Assembly: GCA_963730605.1 (NCBI GenBank)
Contig: CAVSSM010000002.1
Location: 394,416 to 458,415 of the forward strand
DNA: 64,000 bases
From: an uncultured Chlamydiae bacterium
GTDB lineage: Bacteria > Chlamydiota > Chlamydiia > Chlamydiales > SM23-39
Direction: 5' to 3'
A model generated the notes under the pieces. That model made no database searches, was not told the DNA's origin, and saw nothing but the letters and a program-made list of their open reading frames with translations. The position numbers were made by a program, and so were the translations under genes. This document shows, one piece after another, positions 29,583 through 40,908 of this stretch; position 1 is the first letter of the stretch; the number at the start of each line of letters is the position of its first letter.

Positions 29583-29822
29583 AGGAGAAGCACTAATCAA
29601 GCAAAGAGGTGATGAATTAGTGCAATCCGTGACGAAAATCTTAAATGCAGGCGCTAACGTTAATGACACGTCCTGGAATGGACACCGTCCCTTGCAATTA
29701 TTAATTAAAGCCCAGATAGAATCACGTAAAAAACTTGAACTAGTCAAACGCCTAGTTAGTCTGGGAGCTGATATCCACTCTGCGGATAAAAGTGGACTAA
29801 CACCCTATCAGGTTGCTATTTC
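29583..29822 (+). pseudogene. Ankyrin-repeat segment, the former C-terminus of the AbiEii gene
   Basis: ILNAGANVN..WNGHRPLQLLI and LVKRLVSLGADIHSADKSGLTPYQVA; in frame with AbiEii after removing ISAs1. Confidence 0.85.
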
Positions 29823-30859
29823 ACGCGATGTGCGAGTTTCCGAAGCGGAAAATCGCACATGATTAATAGAGGACAAGATGCTCAAATTGCAAAGGCTCAT
29901 TTTTTGTGCGCAAGCTGAGCGCAATGCTGGCTGTATGTGCCAGTAATTTTCTCCAAAACCTAGAGCATTGATGCCATAGATCTCGAGCCCGCACTTTCTC
30001 AATGTGAAATCGCTCAGTCAATTGTCCTATGACTGTTTCAACAAGACGTCGAGTCCCCATCATCCATCGCAAAAAATCTTTCGGTCGCTCATCTTTCATA
30101 TTTTCTCGTAAAGGGGTCTCCAGATGCAATCCCTGCCCCTTAAGTTGATTCTGCAATTCAGGACGAATATATCCCTTGTCTCCCAGCAGAAGCCCCTTGA
30201 TTTTCTCGACCAGTTCAGGGCATACATCCCGTTCATCAACATTTGCTTTTGCAAATGCAGCCCCGGTTATCACCCCGGTCGAACTGATCACAACGTGTCC
30301 TCGAAAACCGTAGTAACGTTCTTTTTTGGTAGCACAATAACCATACGCGGCTTCCCCCTTAAAAATGTGACTGAAGTGAGCTCTCGCAAATTTACAAATG
30401 GGGATTGGCAGGCCGTCTATTATATGCAGGGTGTCTCCAAAAGCGTTCAAGCCAGTTGCTAAGCGCTCCTGTAATAGGCGTTTCACCACATGAAGGTTAG
30501 CAGCTTGTCTCGCAAAATTTGATCTGTCTGGAATTTTCGGAAAAAAATGAGACCAATGCCTTTTGAAATATTCCCAAATGGTTTTATCGCAATCCATCCC
30601 TAGAAATTCCCCCACGATTTCGATGGCGATTACCTCACTATCTCTCAGTCCTGGCCCAGGACCTCTTTGGCGCAGTTTTTTTCCTCTAAGAATTTTTTCC
30701 AGCTCATCGTCTATTAGACAAAAGACAGATATGATAAAGTCGTCGATCGACATGCCTTGCACTCCTGTTTGGTTTAAGCGCGAAAAGTGTGCAGAACGGC
30801 ATGTCATTTTTCAATTATTTCATGTGCGATTTTCCGCTTCGGAAACTCGCACATCGCGT
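29823..30859 (-). mobile_element. IS982-family element
   Basis: 40-bp perfect IR starting ACGCGATG; IIDGLPIP, YYGFRGH, LGDKGY and RRLVETV motifs; no target duplication. Confidence 0.93.
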
Positions 30860-30899
30860 TAATGCTTTACAGCGACCATTGGGTCAATATTTACCATTA

Positions 30900-32016
30900 T
30901 ACCGCTCGTGATTCAAAATTTTGATGCGTGAAAATTTCCCTTGACTGCACAATGGCTGCGTGAATTTTTTAACCGACTCAGAACGACAGGAACTCAAACT
31001 CCGGCACCGGGGGGACCGCGATGGGCGGGTGCGTGATCGAATAAAGGCTGTTCTCCTCTATGATGAGGGGTGGGCTCCCAAAGACATTGCCAGGGTTCTG
31101 TTGATTTCTGACGAAGCAGTTCGTCACCATGTTGACGCATATAAAACGTCGAAAAAATTGCGCCCCGAAAGCGGCGGCTCCGAGGAGAAACTATCCCAAA
31201 CGCAGTCCGAGCAACTTGAGGCTCATCTTCAAGAACACACGTACCTTTACGTCAAGGATATCGTCGCATATGTAGAAGTGACTTTCGGTATTGTCTATAC
31301 CGTCCACGGATTGAGGGATTGGCTGCGAAGACACGGATTTTCCTACAAAAAACCCGCCGTTGTACCCGGGAAAGCCAACAAAGAGCAGCAACAAAAGTGG
31401 CTCGCCGGATACGAGAAACTCAAGGCAGAACTCCTCGAGGATGAGACTATCTGCTTTATTGACGGCGTTCATCCAACGCACAATGTGCAGCCTGCTTATG
31501 GGTGGATCAAAAAAGGCGTGCGTAAAGAGATCCCAGCAAACACAGGACGTGCCAGGCTCAATCTTTCAGGGAGCATCGATGTCATCACCCACAGTGTGGT
31601 AATCCAAGAAGACGAGACTTTAAACGCAGAATCGATAATCCGGTTTTTCCAAAAGATCGAAGAATTTTACCCGAGTAAACGAAAGATCCATGTATTTTGC
31701 GATAATGCACCGTACTATCGGAATAGGGCTGTGAGGCAGTACCTAGAAACGGCAAAAGTTTGTTTGCACTTTTTACCGCCCTATAGCCCCAATCTAAACC
31801 CGATAGAACGACTGTGGAAATGGATGAAGGAGCGGGTAGTTTACAATACTTATTACGAGTACTTTGAAGACTTTAGAGGAGCGATTCTTGGTTTTTTCGC
31901 TGTATTGGCGACTGTGACCGCGGAGTCAACTTTAGGCCGGGATTTAAGAAGCCGGGTTAGGGATAAATTTAGTCCCTTTCAGGCACCTGCTGCCAAGTTT
32001 TGAATTTCCTTGGGTA
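30900..32016 (+). mobile_element. IS630-family element, copy 2 (transposase 30960-32003)
   Basis: Same 1117 bp as 4861-5977, inverted, with TA duplication. Confidence 0.95.
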
Positions 32017-32111
32017 TATATTTTCCGTTACTGGGACATTTATTTATATGATTTTTATTACTTATAATTTATAATAAATCAAATTAAACTATAAATAAAT
32101 ATGGTAAACAT

Positions 32112-34358
32112 ATGTCGATTAAAAATTTAAATTTATTACGTTACGCATCTGCAGCGCTCTTGCCAATCTTGACTCGGACAAATTCCATGGTGCCTTTGAC
32201 CATGATCACTGGAGCAGCAGTCCTGATGCAGGTGGGGGAGGTGGGGGATGCCCCTATTCTTCTTAATATTTGTCGTATAATTAGAGATCTAACAATAGGC
32301 AAGATCTCTCTTGCCTCGCCTATTTTAGGATTAGGGGCGAACTTGTTGACAGACGCTGGAATGTTCGTAGCGACAGCAATAGGAAGTATCCGCTCTCTCA
32401 AAGCCGGAATCACTGGTGATGATCAAGCTTTAGCAAGTTCAGCCCAAAGAACCGTTTTAAGCGGCATTGGAATCGCTGGATTGGCCTCAGTAGCGCACGG
32501 CCTCCAAAACCTAGTACCTGACCACAAAAGTTTTTAAAAAAATGTTTGAATAGTGTTCCATATATGCCTTTCATTTGGAGGCAGCTATGAACAAAAAATG
32601 GTCCGTTCATCTCACAGTTGAGGTGCGCAGCGAACTCGAGGACATTGTTAGAAAAGGGAAGTCATCCGCGCGGATTATCAGAAGAGCGCAAACTCTGTTA
32701 TTCGCTGATGAGAAGAAACCAGATAAAGAGATTGCCTCTTTGCTACGGTGCAGCGAGGTGAGCGTTTACAATACAAGAAAAGCCTACTGTGAACACGGGC
32801 TACAACAATCACTCAATGAAAAAGCGCGATCCGGAAGACCGGAGAAGATGGTTGGAAAGGCTAAAGCCCATTTAATCGCGCTTGCTTGCAGCGAGGCGCC
32901 CGAAGGACGCGCCTGCTGGACAATGCAGCTACTTGCGGATCGTTGCATTACGCTAGAGTTGACAGATTCCATATCGGACGAAACGGTTCGCAGAAACATT
33001 AAAAAAAACGAAATAAAGCCATGGCAAGTAAAGAGTTGGTGTGTTCCAGAAGTGGATTACGAGTATATTTGTCGGATGGAAGATGTTTTAGATTTATATG
33101 AGGAGCCGCTGAACGAAAAGAAACCCGTTGTGTGTTTTGATGAAACACCAGTCCAATTGGTAGATGATGTGTTGGCGCCAATTGCCGCAGTGCCAGGGAG
33201 AGTCAAACGCCGAGATTATGAGTACGAAAGGAATGGAACAAGCAACCTCTTTGTTTTTGTACAGCCCTTGGGAGGCTGGCGGGAAATAAAAGTCACAGAC
33301 CAGAGAACAAAAAAAGATTTTGCCGAGTGCATGAAGGATCTGGTGGACAAACATTTTCCCGAGGCAGAAAAAATTAGGGTTGTCATGGACAATTTGAATA
33401 CGCATCGACTGGCTAATCTCTACGAGACGTTTGAGCCCGAAGAAGCCAGGAGGATCATTAAGAAATTAGAGGTGCGCCATACGCCAAAACATGCAAGTTG
33501 GTTGAACATGGCAGAGATTGAAATTTCTGTTCTTGGCGGTCAGTGCCTCAAAAGGCGAATAGGCTCAAAAGAAGTTCTCGGTAGAGAGGTGGCCGCTTAT
33601 GTATCAGATAGAAATGCTAGACGGGCAAAGATCCTTTGGGGATTTGCTATCCCAGATGCGCGAGTGAAAATGAAGAGGCTCTACCCATGAAAACTTTTGT
33701 GGTCAGGTACTAGCTTTAAGTCTTGTTGCATATAGATCTCTTGATTCAGAACAACAGGACTTCATTTTAAAGCATCATTCTATAGAATCTCTTGCTGGGC
33801 AGAAGAAAAACTGCCATGCAGTCATTATCGATGGAAAGTCAAGCGAATGGGGAGCTGATAGATGATCATTCTGATCCTCTGGCAGTAGAACTCTATCGCA
33901 ATTGCGATGTACGGACATATCGGGCCGACCCTCATTCAATGGTTCCTCTTTGCGATGCTGCCGAGAAGGGAAAAAAAGCGCTTGGGGGGCCTGTGGATAT
34001 CCTCGCTATTTTTGGCCATGCGACTCAAACCCTTTTAGTACTAAAAAATTATACTTACTTTAAAGGAACAAGTTCCGAAACTGTCTGCTTAAGAGAACAC
34101 TTACAACCCGAAGCGCAGGTGATCCTCGCTGGCTGCAATACTGCGGCCGGAAACAACTCGTTAGCAGAAAAAGTTTCTCGCCACGTCAGCGGTATAGAAG
34201 TGGTTGGTTTCTCTGCTTATTTATATCCATTTTATACTACTTCCTCGTGGATCGGAAAAAAACTTAAGTTATCGGCTTACTCCATTAAAGATTCTCAAGG
34301 AAATTGGACCTTCCCGTGGACCAATATCGCTCGCACTTTTAAGAGCGCGTCGAGCTAA
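32112..34358 (+). pseudogene. Membrane protein with a C-terminal His/Cys (DUF4347/clan CD-like) domain, split by IS630
   Basis: The frame continues across the empty CTAG site (HGLQNL-ALSLVAYR...). One more frameshift near 33850 leads into ILAIFGHA...VILAGCNTA. Confidence 0.6.
32514..33710 (+). mobile_element. Second IS630-family species (transposase 32587-33690)
   Basis: Perfect IR GTACCTGACCACAAAAGTTTT; TA duplication in CTAG; CFDE, MDNLNTH and HASWLNMAEIE motifs. Confidence 0.95.
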
Positions 34359-34482
34359 ATCATGCAGGTTTTTTCCAGTTGAAAGCTGGGAGATTTATTT
34401 TGCTGTTTCGTAGCGAACATATCTTCCCATGACTTGACAAGTGTTGTTCCCGCTTCTTTTACAAGATCCTCATTGGAATATT

Positions 34483-34725
34483 TCATCGCAATGCCTCTCT
34501 AGATGACTTAAGCAACCCGCTCAGGTAGCTCCGTTCGGCTATCGCTTTCTCCGAATAGAAGCCGTGCTTAGTGTTCGCTTCGATCATGCGTTGGCGGCCT
34601 TCTTTCGTCTTTGCCCCGGTACATTTTCCGCCGTGTAAACGACATCTCCCGTTCTTCATAGCTGGTTGACGACATGGCTTATGGCCGTTTGTTCGTGCCT
34701 TAGCTCCACACTTTACGGCGAACAT
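34483..34725 (-). CDS. HGGxSTG-domain protein
   Basis: CGAKAR...PCRQPAMKNGRCRLHGGKCTGAKT...KHGFYS. Confidence 0.85.
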   Translation of the reverse strand: MFAVKCGAKARTNGHKPCRQPAMKNGRCRLHGGKCTGAKTKEGRQRMIEANTKHGFYSEKAIAERSYLSGLLKSSREALR

Positions 34726-35264
34726 GGCTTATCTCCTCGATTTTCTGGCATACCCCCGCCCCCGTAGTTGTTTACAACAGCCATCTTATCAGCGACATGA
34801 ACGACAGTTACTTTTTGTTCCCCACCACGTCGATAGCGTCCAAGAGCCTCAATGGTTTCATTGTGCAAGCGCATGTATTTAACGGCGATGTTTCCATAAG
34901 CGCTCATAAAATCTACTCGATCTGTTCTGTCAGCTCTTGAAAGACAGTCCATCCCGTTTCTGTAGAGGGCCGCTGCCTGCGAAATTAGCCGAGCTTCCAC
35001 CGCATCCTTCGGCCTCTGCTCATCCAACGTCTCAAGGGCAAGCTGCACAGATTTTACGTGATTTTGTGGGTCGACAGCGCAGGCGGTTTTAAGTGCTATG
35101 TGCTGAGCAAGGCTGCTTCTTTCCTGACCAACAGCGCTTTGTAGCGTTTGATAACAGTGTGCCATCCCCTCATCGATTCCGGCTTTACTGAGCTTGGAAT
35201 TATTCTCTTCAATCAGAGCCCTATTTTTTTCAATCTCTTCTCTATACACGGCTTCTTCTGTCAT
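34713..35264 (-). CDS. Hypothetical mobile-element protein
   Basis: 183-aa coupled ORF; PKDAVEARL and EALGRYRRGGEQKVTVVHV. Confidence 0.7.
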   Translation of the reverse strand: MTEEAVYREEIEKNRALIEENNSKLSKAGIDEGMAHCYQTLQSAVGQERSSLAQHIALKTACAVDPQNHVKSVQLALETLDEQRPKDAVEARLISQAAALYRNGMDCLSRADRTDRVDFMSAYGNIAVKYMRLHNETIEALGRYRRGGEQKVTVVHVADKMAVVNNYGGGGMPENRGDKPCSP

Positions 35265-35491
35265 TGATACCTCTCACAAAATTCCTTAGAAGCAATCCAA
35301 TCTTGCCATTCTTCCTGGCTTATTTTTCCGGATCGAAAAGCTTTTTCCATCATCTCGTCCGGGCAGCTGTTTGAATGATAAGCAGCGAACACCACGTCTT
35401 CAGGCGCAACTTGGACGCCTTCTTTCCATATATCTTCGCAAAACGCCTTCATTAAGCCATCTTCCTTGCGAGATCTTTTCTTTTTTGACAT
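35261..35491 (-). CDS. Small hypothetical protein
   Basis: 76 aa, ATGA-coupled to the next gene, GGTG RBS. Confidence 0.6.
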   Translation of the reverse strand: MSKKKRSRKEDGLMKAFCEDIWKEGVQVAPEDVVFAAYHSNSCPDEMMEKAFRSGKISQEEWQDWIASKEFCERYQ

Positions 35492-35529
35492 ACATCACCA
35501 AACATTATCATAAATCGAGTCTAGGCCAT

Positions 35530-36962
35530 TTAAAAGGCCTTTGATGAGACCCTTCCTCTTCTCTGACAAAACCGCTCCTGTAGAAGATCCGAAGCTGCAC
35601 CTTTGGTTAATCCAACTGGATGGGCAACACCAAACTTGAGCAAAGCAGCGATCTGTTTTTCTGACGCCGGATCATTTCGCCAGGGTGCATCTTTCCTTGC
35701 GAGGACAGCGGCTCGTTGATTACGCACCCAATCCTCTGCGACCCCTAGCGCGTAGCTCAAAGGCAATTCCCTTTCTGCAAGAGGCATAACCCGTTGATCA
35801 TCATTCAAAATAACACGGTAGCCGGTAGTTGAAACCTTACGCACCCAAATATCACGCCGATCTCCCACAGATAAATGCCAAGCGTCTCCAACTTGAACCC
35901 AAGCAAAAGAAGAACGGTTGAAGAAATCGATCTCTTTGATGTCTGATGTCTCAAAAGCCCCAGAGAAAACCTCAACTGGCTGCGCCTCCTCTTCAACTAA
36001 CTCTTTCGGTTTTTTCTCCCTGATTTCGAAGTTTGGCGAGACGATGCCTTCGAGAGAGTTTTCGAAGTTGCAGAGGCCCAGCCTAGACGCATCAACGAAG
36101 TCCATGACAAGGCAATTTGTCTTGCCGGGCGATACTCTAGTCCCGCGACCAACGCATTGAACATAAAGCCCTTGGCTTTTGGTTGGCCGGCACAAGAGAA
36201 TCGCGTCAATTTCTGGGCAGTCGAAGCCTTCGGTTAAGACGCCGCAGTTAGTCAATATGCGGATCTTCCCATCTGCAAAATCTTGGAGAATGCGGCGCCG
36301 ATCCTCAATGTCCATCCTGCCGTGAACTGTTGCCGACGGGATCCCAGAAGTCTTGAACGACGCGGCCAGGTCTACGGCATGTTTGACATCGGCACAGAAC
36401 GCCACAATCTTTTTCCTGTTCGATCCGTGTTGAATAAAAGAGTCGACGATCAGCTTATTTCTTCCTGGGACGTTAATTGTCCTGGCTAGCTGAGAGGCAA
36501 CAAAATCACCGGCCTGAGTCTGGACACCATTTAATGAAACCCTTGTATAAACTCGACTGCCGACAAGAGGGGATAGATAACCATTTCGAATTCCCCAGGC
36601 TATAGAGCGATTGAAGACGATCTCTTCGAAGATTGAGGACAGACCTACACCATCGCCGCGTTTAGGAGTAGCTGTCACTCCTAAGAGGAGTTTATTCGGA
36701 TCGCCTAGAAGGAACCCAAGCTCTCGGACAAGTCGCTCATAAGTGGGCGCGGCGCTGTGATGCGCCTCATCGATAATGCAAAGATCAAAACTGGCCTCCT
36801 TGAGATCGATGAGTCTGTTGTCTCTGGATGCGGATTGAATAGACGCAATGACGATTTGAGCTTCGGGCTCGTGCCTCTCTGCCTTTACAATCCCTATGTT
36901 TGCCGATCCATCCCAGATCATCCCAATCTTTTCGGCTGCTTGGGCAATCAGCTCATCGCGAT
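35530..36962 (-). pseudogene. SF2 DEAH helicase (ResIII/Irc3-like), 5'-truncated
   Basis: RDELIAQA (motif Ia), DEAHH, TATP, LTEGFD and QCVGRGTR present; Walker A lost at the IS66 junction. Confidence 0.85.
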
Positions 36963-37113
36963 ATGATATGTATCACGAAATAGTTGTAACTACCCTGAAG
37001 CGTCAGGGGAAGAAATGTCTAGATTATCTTGTGGAAGCCCTAGGCGCCTGGAAAACAGGTTCGTCGGCCCCCACCATTTTTAGCCAGCCCTGCTATACCC
37101 CCTGAACAAATAC
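36963..37113 (+). mobile_element. Probable IS66-family 3' remnant
   Basis: VVTTLKRQGKKCLDYLVEAL resembles a TnpC C-terminus; ends CCCCTGAACAAATAC. Confidence 0.6.
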
Positions 37114-37367
<254 letters not shown>

Positions 37368-37410
37368 AAAGCAGACTAGCATAGTAGGTTAGGGAGTTTT
37401 CAGGCAATAA

Positions 37411-37583
37411 GAGACTGTCTACGCACTTCGGTTTCGTCGAGTTTTTGGATTATTTTGGCCGCTTTTCGACTTCACAGCTTGGGGGGCCATATGCTGCTGT
37501 CGATATTGCCCCCCAAGTCTTGAATCGAAAATCGGCTCAAAAGAACCGAAAAATCGACAGAAACGAAGTTCGTAGACAGTCTC
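37411..37583. repeat. 173-bp palindromic MITE-like element (GAGACTGTCTACG ends)
   Basis: 13-bp perfect terminal IR, with imperfect pairing continuing to the centre (CTTGGGGGGC/GCCCCCCAAG). Confidence 0.85.
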
Positions 37584-37591
37584 CAAAATAT

Positions 37592-39610
37592 TCAGTCGGA
37601 GCCCGTGCGCTGGAATGCAGATTCCTGGGACTGAGCGGCCACATTGATCTGGATCATGTCTTTGACGACATGCACCGCTTCTTGCATCTGGAGGTCTTCA
37701 AGAGTCATTTCGATCGGCTCGTCGATTGAGTTGACCATCGAGCCTGATTGGCGCGCCCGAACCTTTTCGAGCTTTTTGAGAAATTTTTGATAACTTGGGC
37801 TGGCTGCTATCCTCTCAGCGCTTTTTTGCCTTAAGTCAGGAAGCGCCTTCTTCCAGAAAGGGACGACCCTTTGTAAATTGGGAAGGTACCGCTTTTCAAA
37901 AAGAAGTCGGGTCCTCTCATCCAGGTCGATGAGAGAGTCGGCATAAGCCGGCTCCACACTGTCCTGAGAAAGAGGGTATTCGAGGTAGCGCTCGCCGATG
38001 TTATAAGGCCCATATTGGGTCGGGACTACGATGTCGGCAATGACCCCCTCAATCTGGGTGCTTCTTCCGGAGACCGTATAGTAGCGTCCGACCGTGACTT
38101 TGAAAAAAAGGTCGGCGCTCTCATCGGTGATCGTCTGGTACTGGATCGACCCCTTTCCGAAAGTCCGCTCATCTCCCACCACGAGAGCCACGCCGTAGTC
38201 TTGGAGGGCTTGGGCGACAATTTCTGAGGCGGAGGCCGACATTTTTGAGGTAAGGACCACGAGCGGCCCGCTAAAGTAGCTCTTGCCGACGATATTGCGG
38301 AGATAGTAGGTATCCCCTTTCCCGTATTTCGAGATGACGATCACCCCATTCGCAACGAAAAGCCCCGCCACCCGGACAGCTTGGCCGAGAAAACCGCCGG
38401 AATTTTCCCTTAGATCCAAAACGAGCCCCTTAAGCTCCCCAATGCTCCGAAAATTGCGGATCGCTTCCTTGATATCCTTTTCGCTGCTGACCCCATCGCT
38501 GCTCTCGTAAAAGGAGTGGAGGGCGATTTTTCCTATGATGCCCCCTTCTACGACCTCATAGCTAGACTTGATCCGGTCATCCTTCATCGCGATCGGCCGC
38601 TTTCTGAGAGACACCCTAAAAAAAGTCTCTTTACTGACCGGATCGACCCGTTTGAACCCTAAAATGATCTCCGAGCGGTCCCTTTTTTTCAAGAGATCGA
38701 GAACCTCTTCAAAACTGGTCGACCCCAACGCTTTTCCGTCTATTTCTACGAGGAGGTCATTGATTTTGATCTGACCTGATTGCGCAGCAGGGCTCCCTTC
38801 GATCAGGTCGGTGATCATCACGCCATCGATCCCCTCCGAAAGGACCACGCCGACCCCCTCGAACTGCTTCTCGAGGGTAAGCCGCATCTCGTACGCCTCT
38901 TCAGGACTGAAAAAAGCAGTGTGGGTATCGAGGCTCTTCGCAAACGACTTCAAGATCCGTAAGGAAAGCAAGTGTTCGATTTTTTCATTAGCAAGCGGAG
39001 ATCCGGTCGGATCCAAAAAGAGATAGTTGTTTTCAAAACGGCGCATCTTTTTCTCGAAAAGGCCAAAAACGCTCACCTTCCGGTCGGCCGAGCCGAGCTG
39101 CGTGCGGGCCTGATGAAACTGGTAAAACCGGCCCATCCGGCTCTTCTGCCTCTCCATAATTTCAGATTCTGATTGTGGGTACCGGGCCAAGCCTAAAATG
39201 GGAACATCGGAGTCTTTGCCTCCTGCCGCAAGCATTTGTTCTACACCTAACTGCCTCAGGGTCTGCGCTCTTAGGATAGATCTTTCGATCACGGAGTTTA
39301 GCTCCATGAAATCTAAGTAATTTTTCTTTTGAACGCGGCTTAAAATCTCTTCGGCCCTGGAGTCTTTCATGTTGAGGTAAGGCGCAACTTCGCTCTCAAG
39401 GAGATAAGACTTTTCCAAATCGAACTGCTCGATATAAAGTTTTAGCGACCTTCGGATTAAAGAGGGGGTCAATTGTTTATTCTCGATGTGAAAATGGAAG
39501 AAACGCTCCATGACGCGCGGGATATCTCCCAATTTCAAATGATCTTGTGAGGAGGCTGGCGCTACCCAGGCCGCGAAGAAGAGGAATAGATACAAGATCT
39601 TGCGGCTCAT
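37592..39610 (-). CDS. tsp: Tail-specific protease (S41, PDZ)
   Basis: LDTHT, PDZ domain, LDLRENSGG, SASASEI and TFGKGSIQ. Confidence 0.93.
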   Translation of the reverse strand: MSRKILYLFLFFAAWVAPASSQDHLKLGDIPRVMERFFHFHIENKQLTPSLIRRSLKLYIEQFDLEKSYLLESEVAPYLNMKDSRAEEILSRVQKKNYLDFMELNSVIERSILRAQTLRQLGVEQMLAAGGKDSDVPILGLARYPQSESEIMERQKSRMGRFYQFHQARTQLGSADRKVSVFGLFEKKMRRFENNYLFLDPTGSPLANEKIEHLLSLRILKSFAKSLDTHTAFFSPEEAYEMRLTLEKQFEGVGVVLSEGIDGVMITDLIEGSPAAQSGQIKINDLLVEIDGKALGSTSFEEVLDLLKKRDRSEIILGFKRVDPVSKETFFRVSLRKRPIAMKDDRIKSSYEVVEGGIIGKIALHSFYESSDGVSSEKDIKEAIRNFRSIGELKGLVLDLRENSGGFLGQAVRVAGLFVANGVIVISKYGKGDTYYLRNIVGKSYFSGPLVVLTSKMSASASEIVAQALQDYGVALVVGDERTFGKGSIQYQTITDESADLFFKVTVGRYYTVSGRSTQIEGVIADIVVPTQYGPYNIGERYLEYPLSQDSVEPAYADSLIDLDERTRLLFEKRYLPNLQRVVPFWKKALPDLRQKSAERIAASPSYQKFLKKLEKVRARQSGSMVNSIDEPIEMTLEDLQMQEAVHVVKDMIQINVAAQSQESAFQRTGSD

Positions 39611-39925
39611 GAATCCTTAAGGTAAAAAATGGGAGATAGGGAACTTAAAGGACCGATTTCATACGAACTTAGCGTCGTAGCTTCGCCTTGTTCCCCTGGT
39701 CTCCCAATCCGAATCATAGTATAAAATAATTTGACATGTCAATAAAAAAATAATTTAAAATCATAAACTAAACAAATCCATGCTTTTCAAAAAGAACTAG
39801 AACAAATCAAACGGGGGGTGGGAGGGCGCGAACGGGCTGACGGCTCATGAGCCTTGTGTAAAAATCGATTCTCAGGATATATTTCTAAGCTATCGTTACT
39901 TTTGAAATTGAGGAGATTGGCGCTC

Positions 39926-40295
39926 ATGCCGACATTCAACCAACTCGTTAAGTTTGGCCGCACACCGAAGTTCCGTCGTCGCAAATCGCCGGCTCTGCAG
40001 CAGTGCCCGCAAAGGCGCGGCGTATGCCTTCAGGTCAAGACCAAGACGCCTAAAAAACCGAACTCGGCCCTCCGAAAAGTGGCCTGGGTCCGGCTCTCTA
40101 ACGGCCAGGAAGTCATCGCCTATATCCCCGGCGAAGGACATAACCTCAGGAACACAGCATCGTGCTTGTACGCGGCGGCAGGGTCAAAGACCTTCCCGGC
40201 GTCCGCTACCACATCGTCCGCGGGCTCTCGACTGCGCAGCGGTGAAAGACCGGAAAAAATCCCGCTCAAAATATGGAGCAAAGAAACCTAAATAA
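39926..40295 (+). CDS. rpsL: 30S ribosomal protein S12 (apparent frameshifts)
   Basis: [19 protein letters not shown] and [10 protein letters not shown] across frames. Confidence 0.95.
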
Positions 40296-40424
40296 CTTCA
40301 AATCAAGTAATTCCAGGAGATTGCAGATCAATTTCCTCGGCTGTGGTTTGACCTGGGTAAGGCTAGGTCGAACCCTGGGCGGGCCTACAAAGGCCGGGTG
40401 AAGTAAGAAAAAGGAAAAAAAACT

Positions 40425-40900
<476 letters not shown>

Positions 40901-40908
40901 GCAGTTTA

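Noticed and set aside
39630..39706. Imperfect palindrome upstream of tsp
   Set aside because: Short, degenerate and single copy in the window; cannot be assigned.
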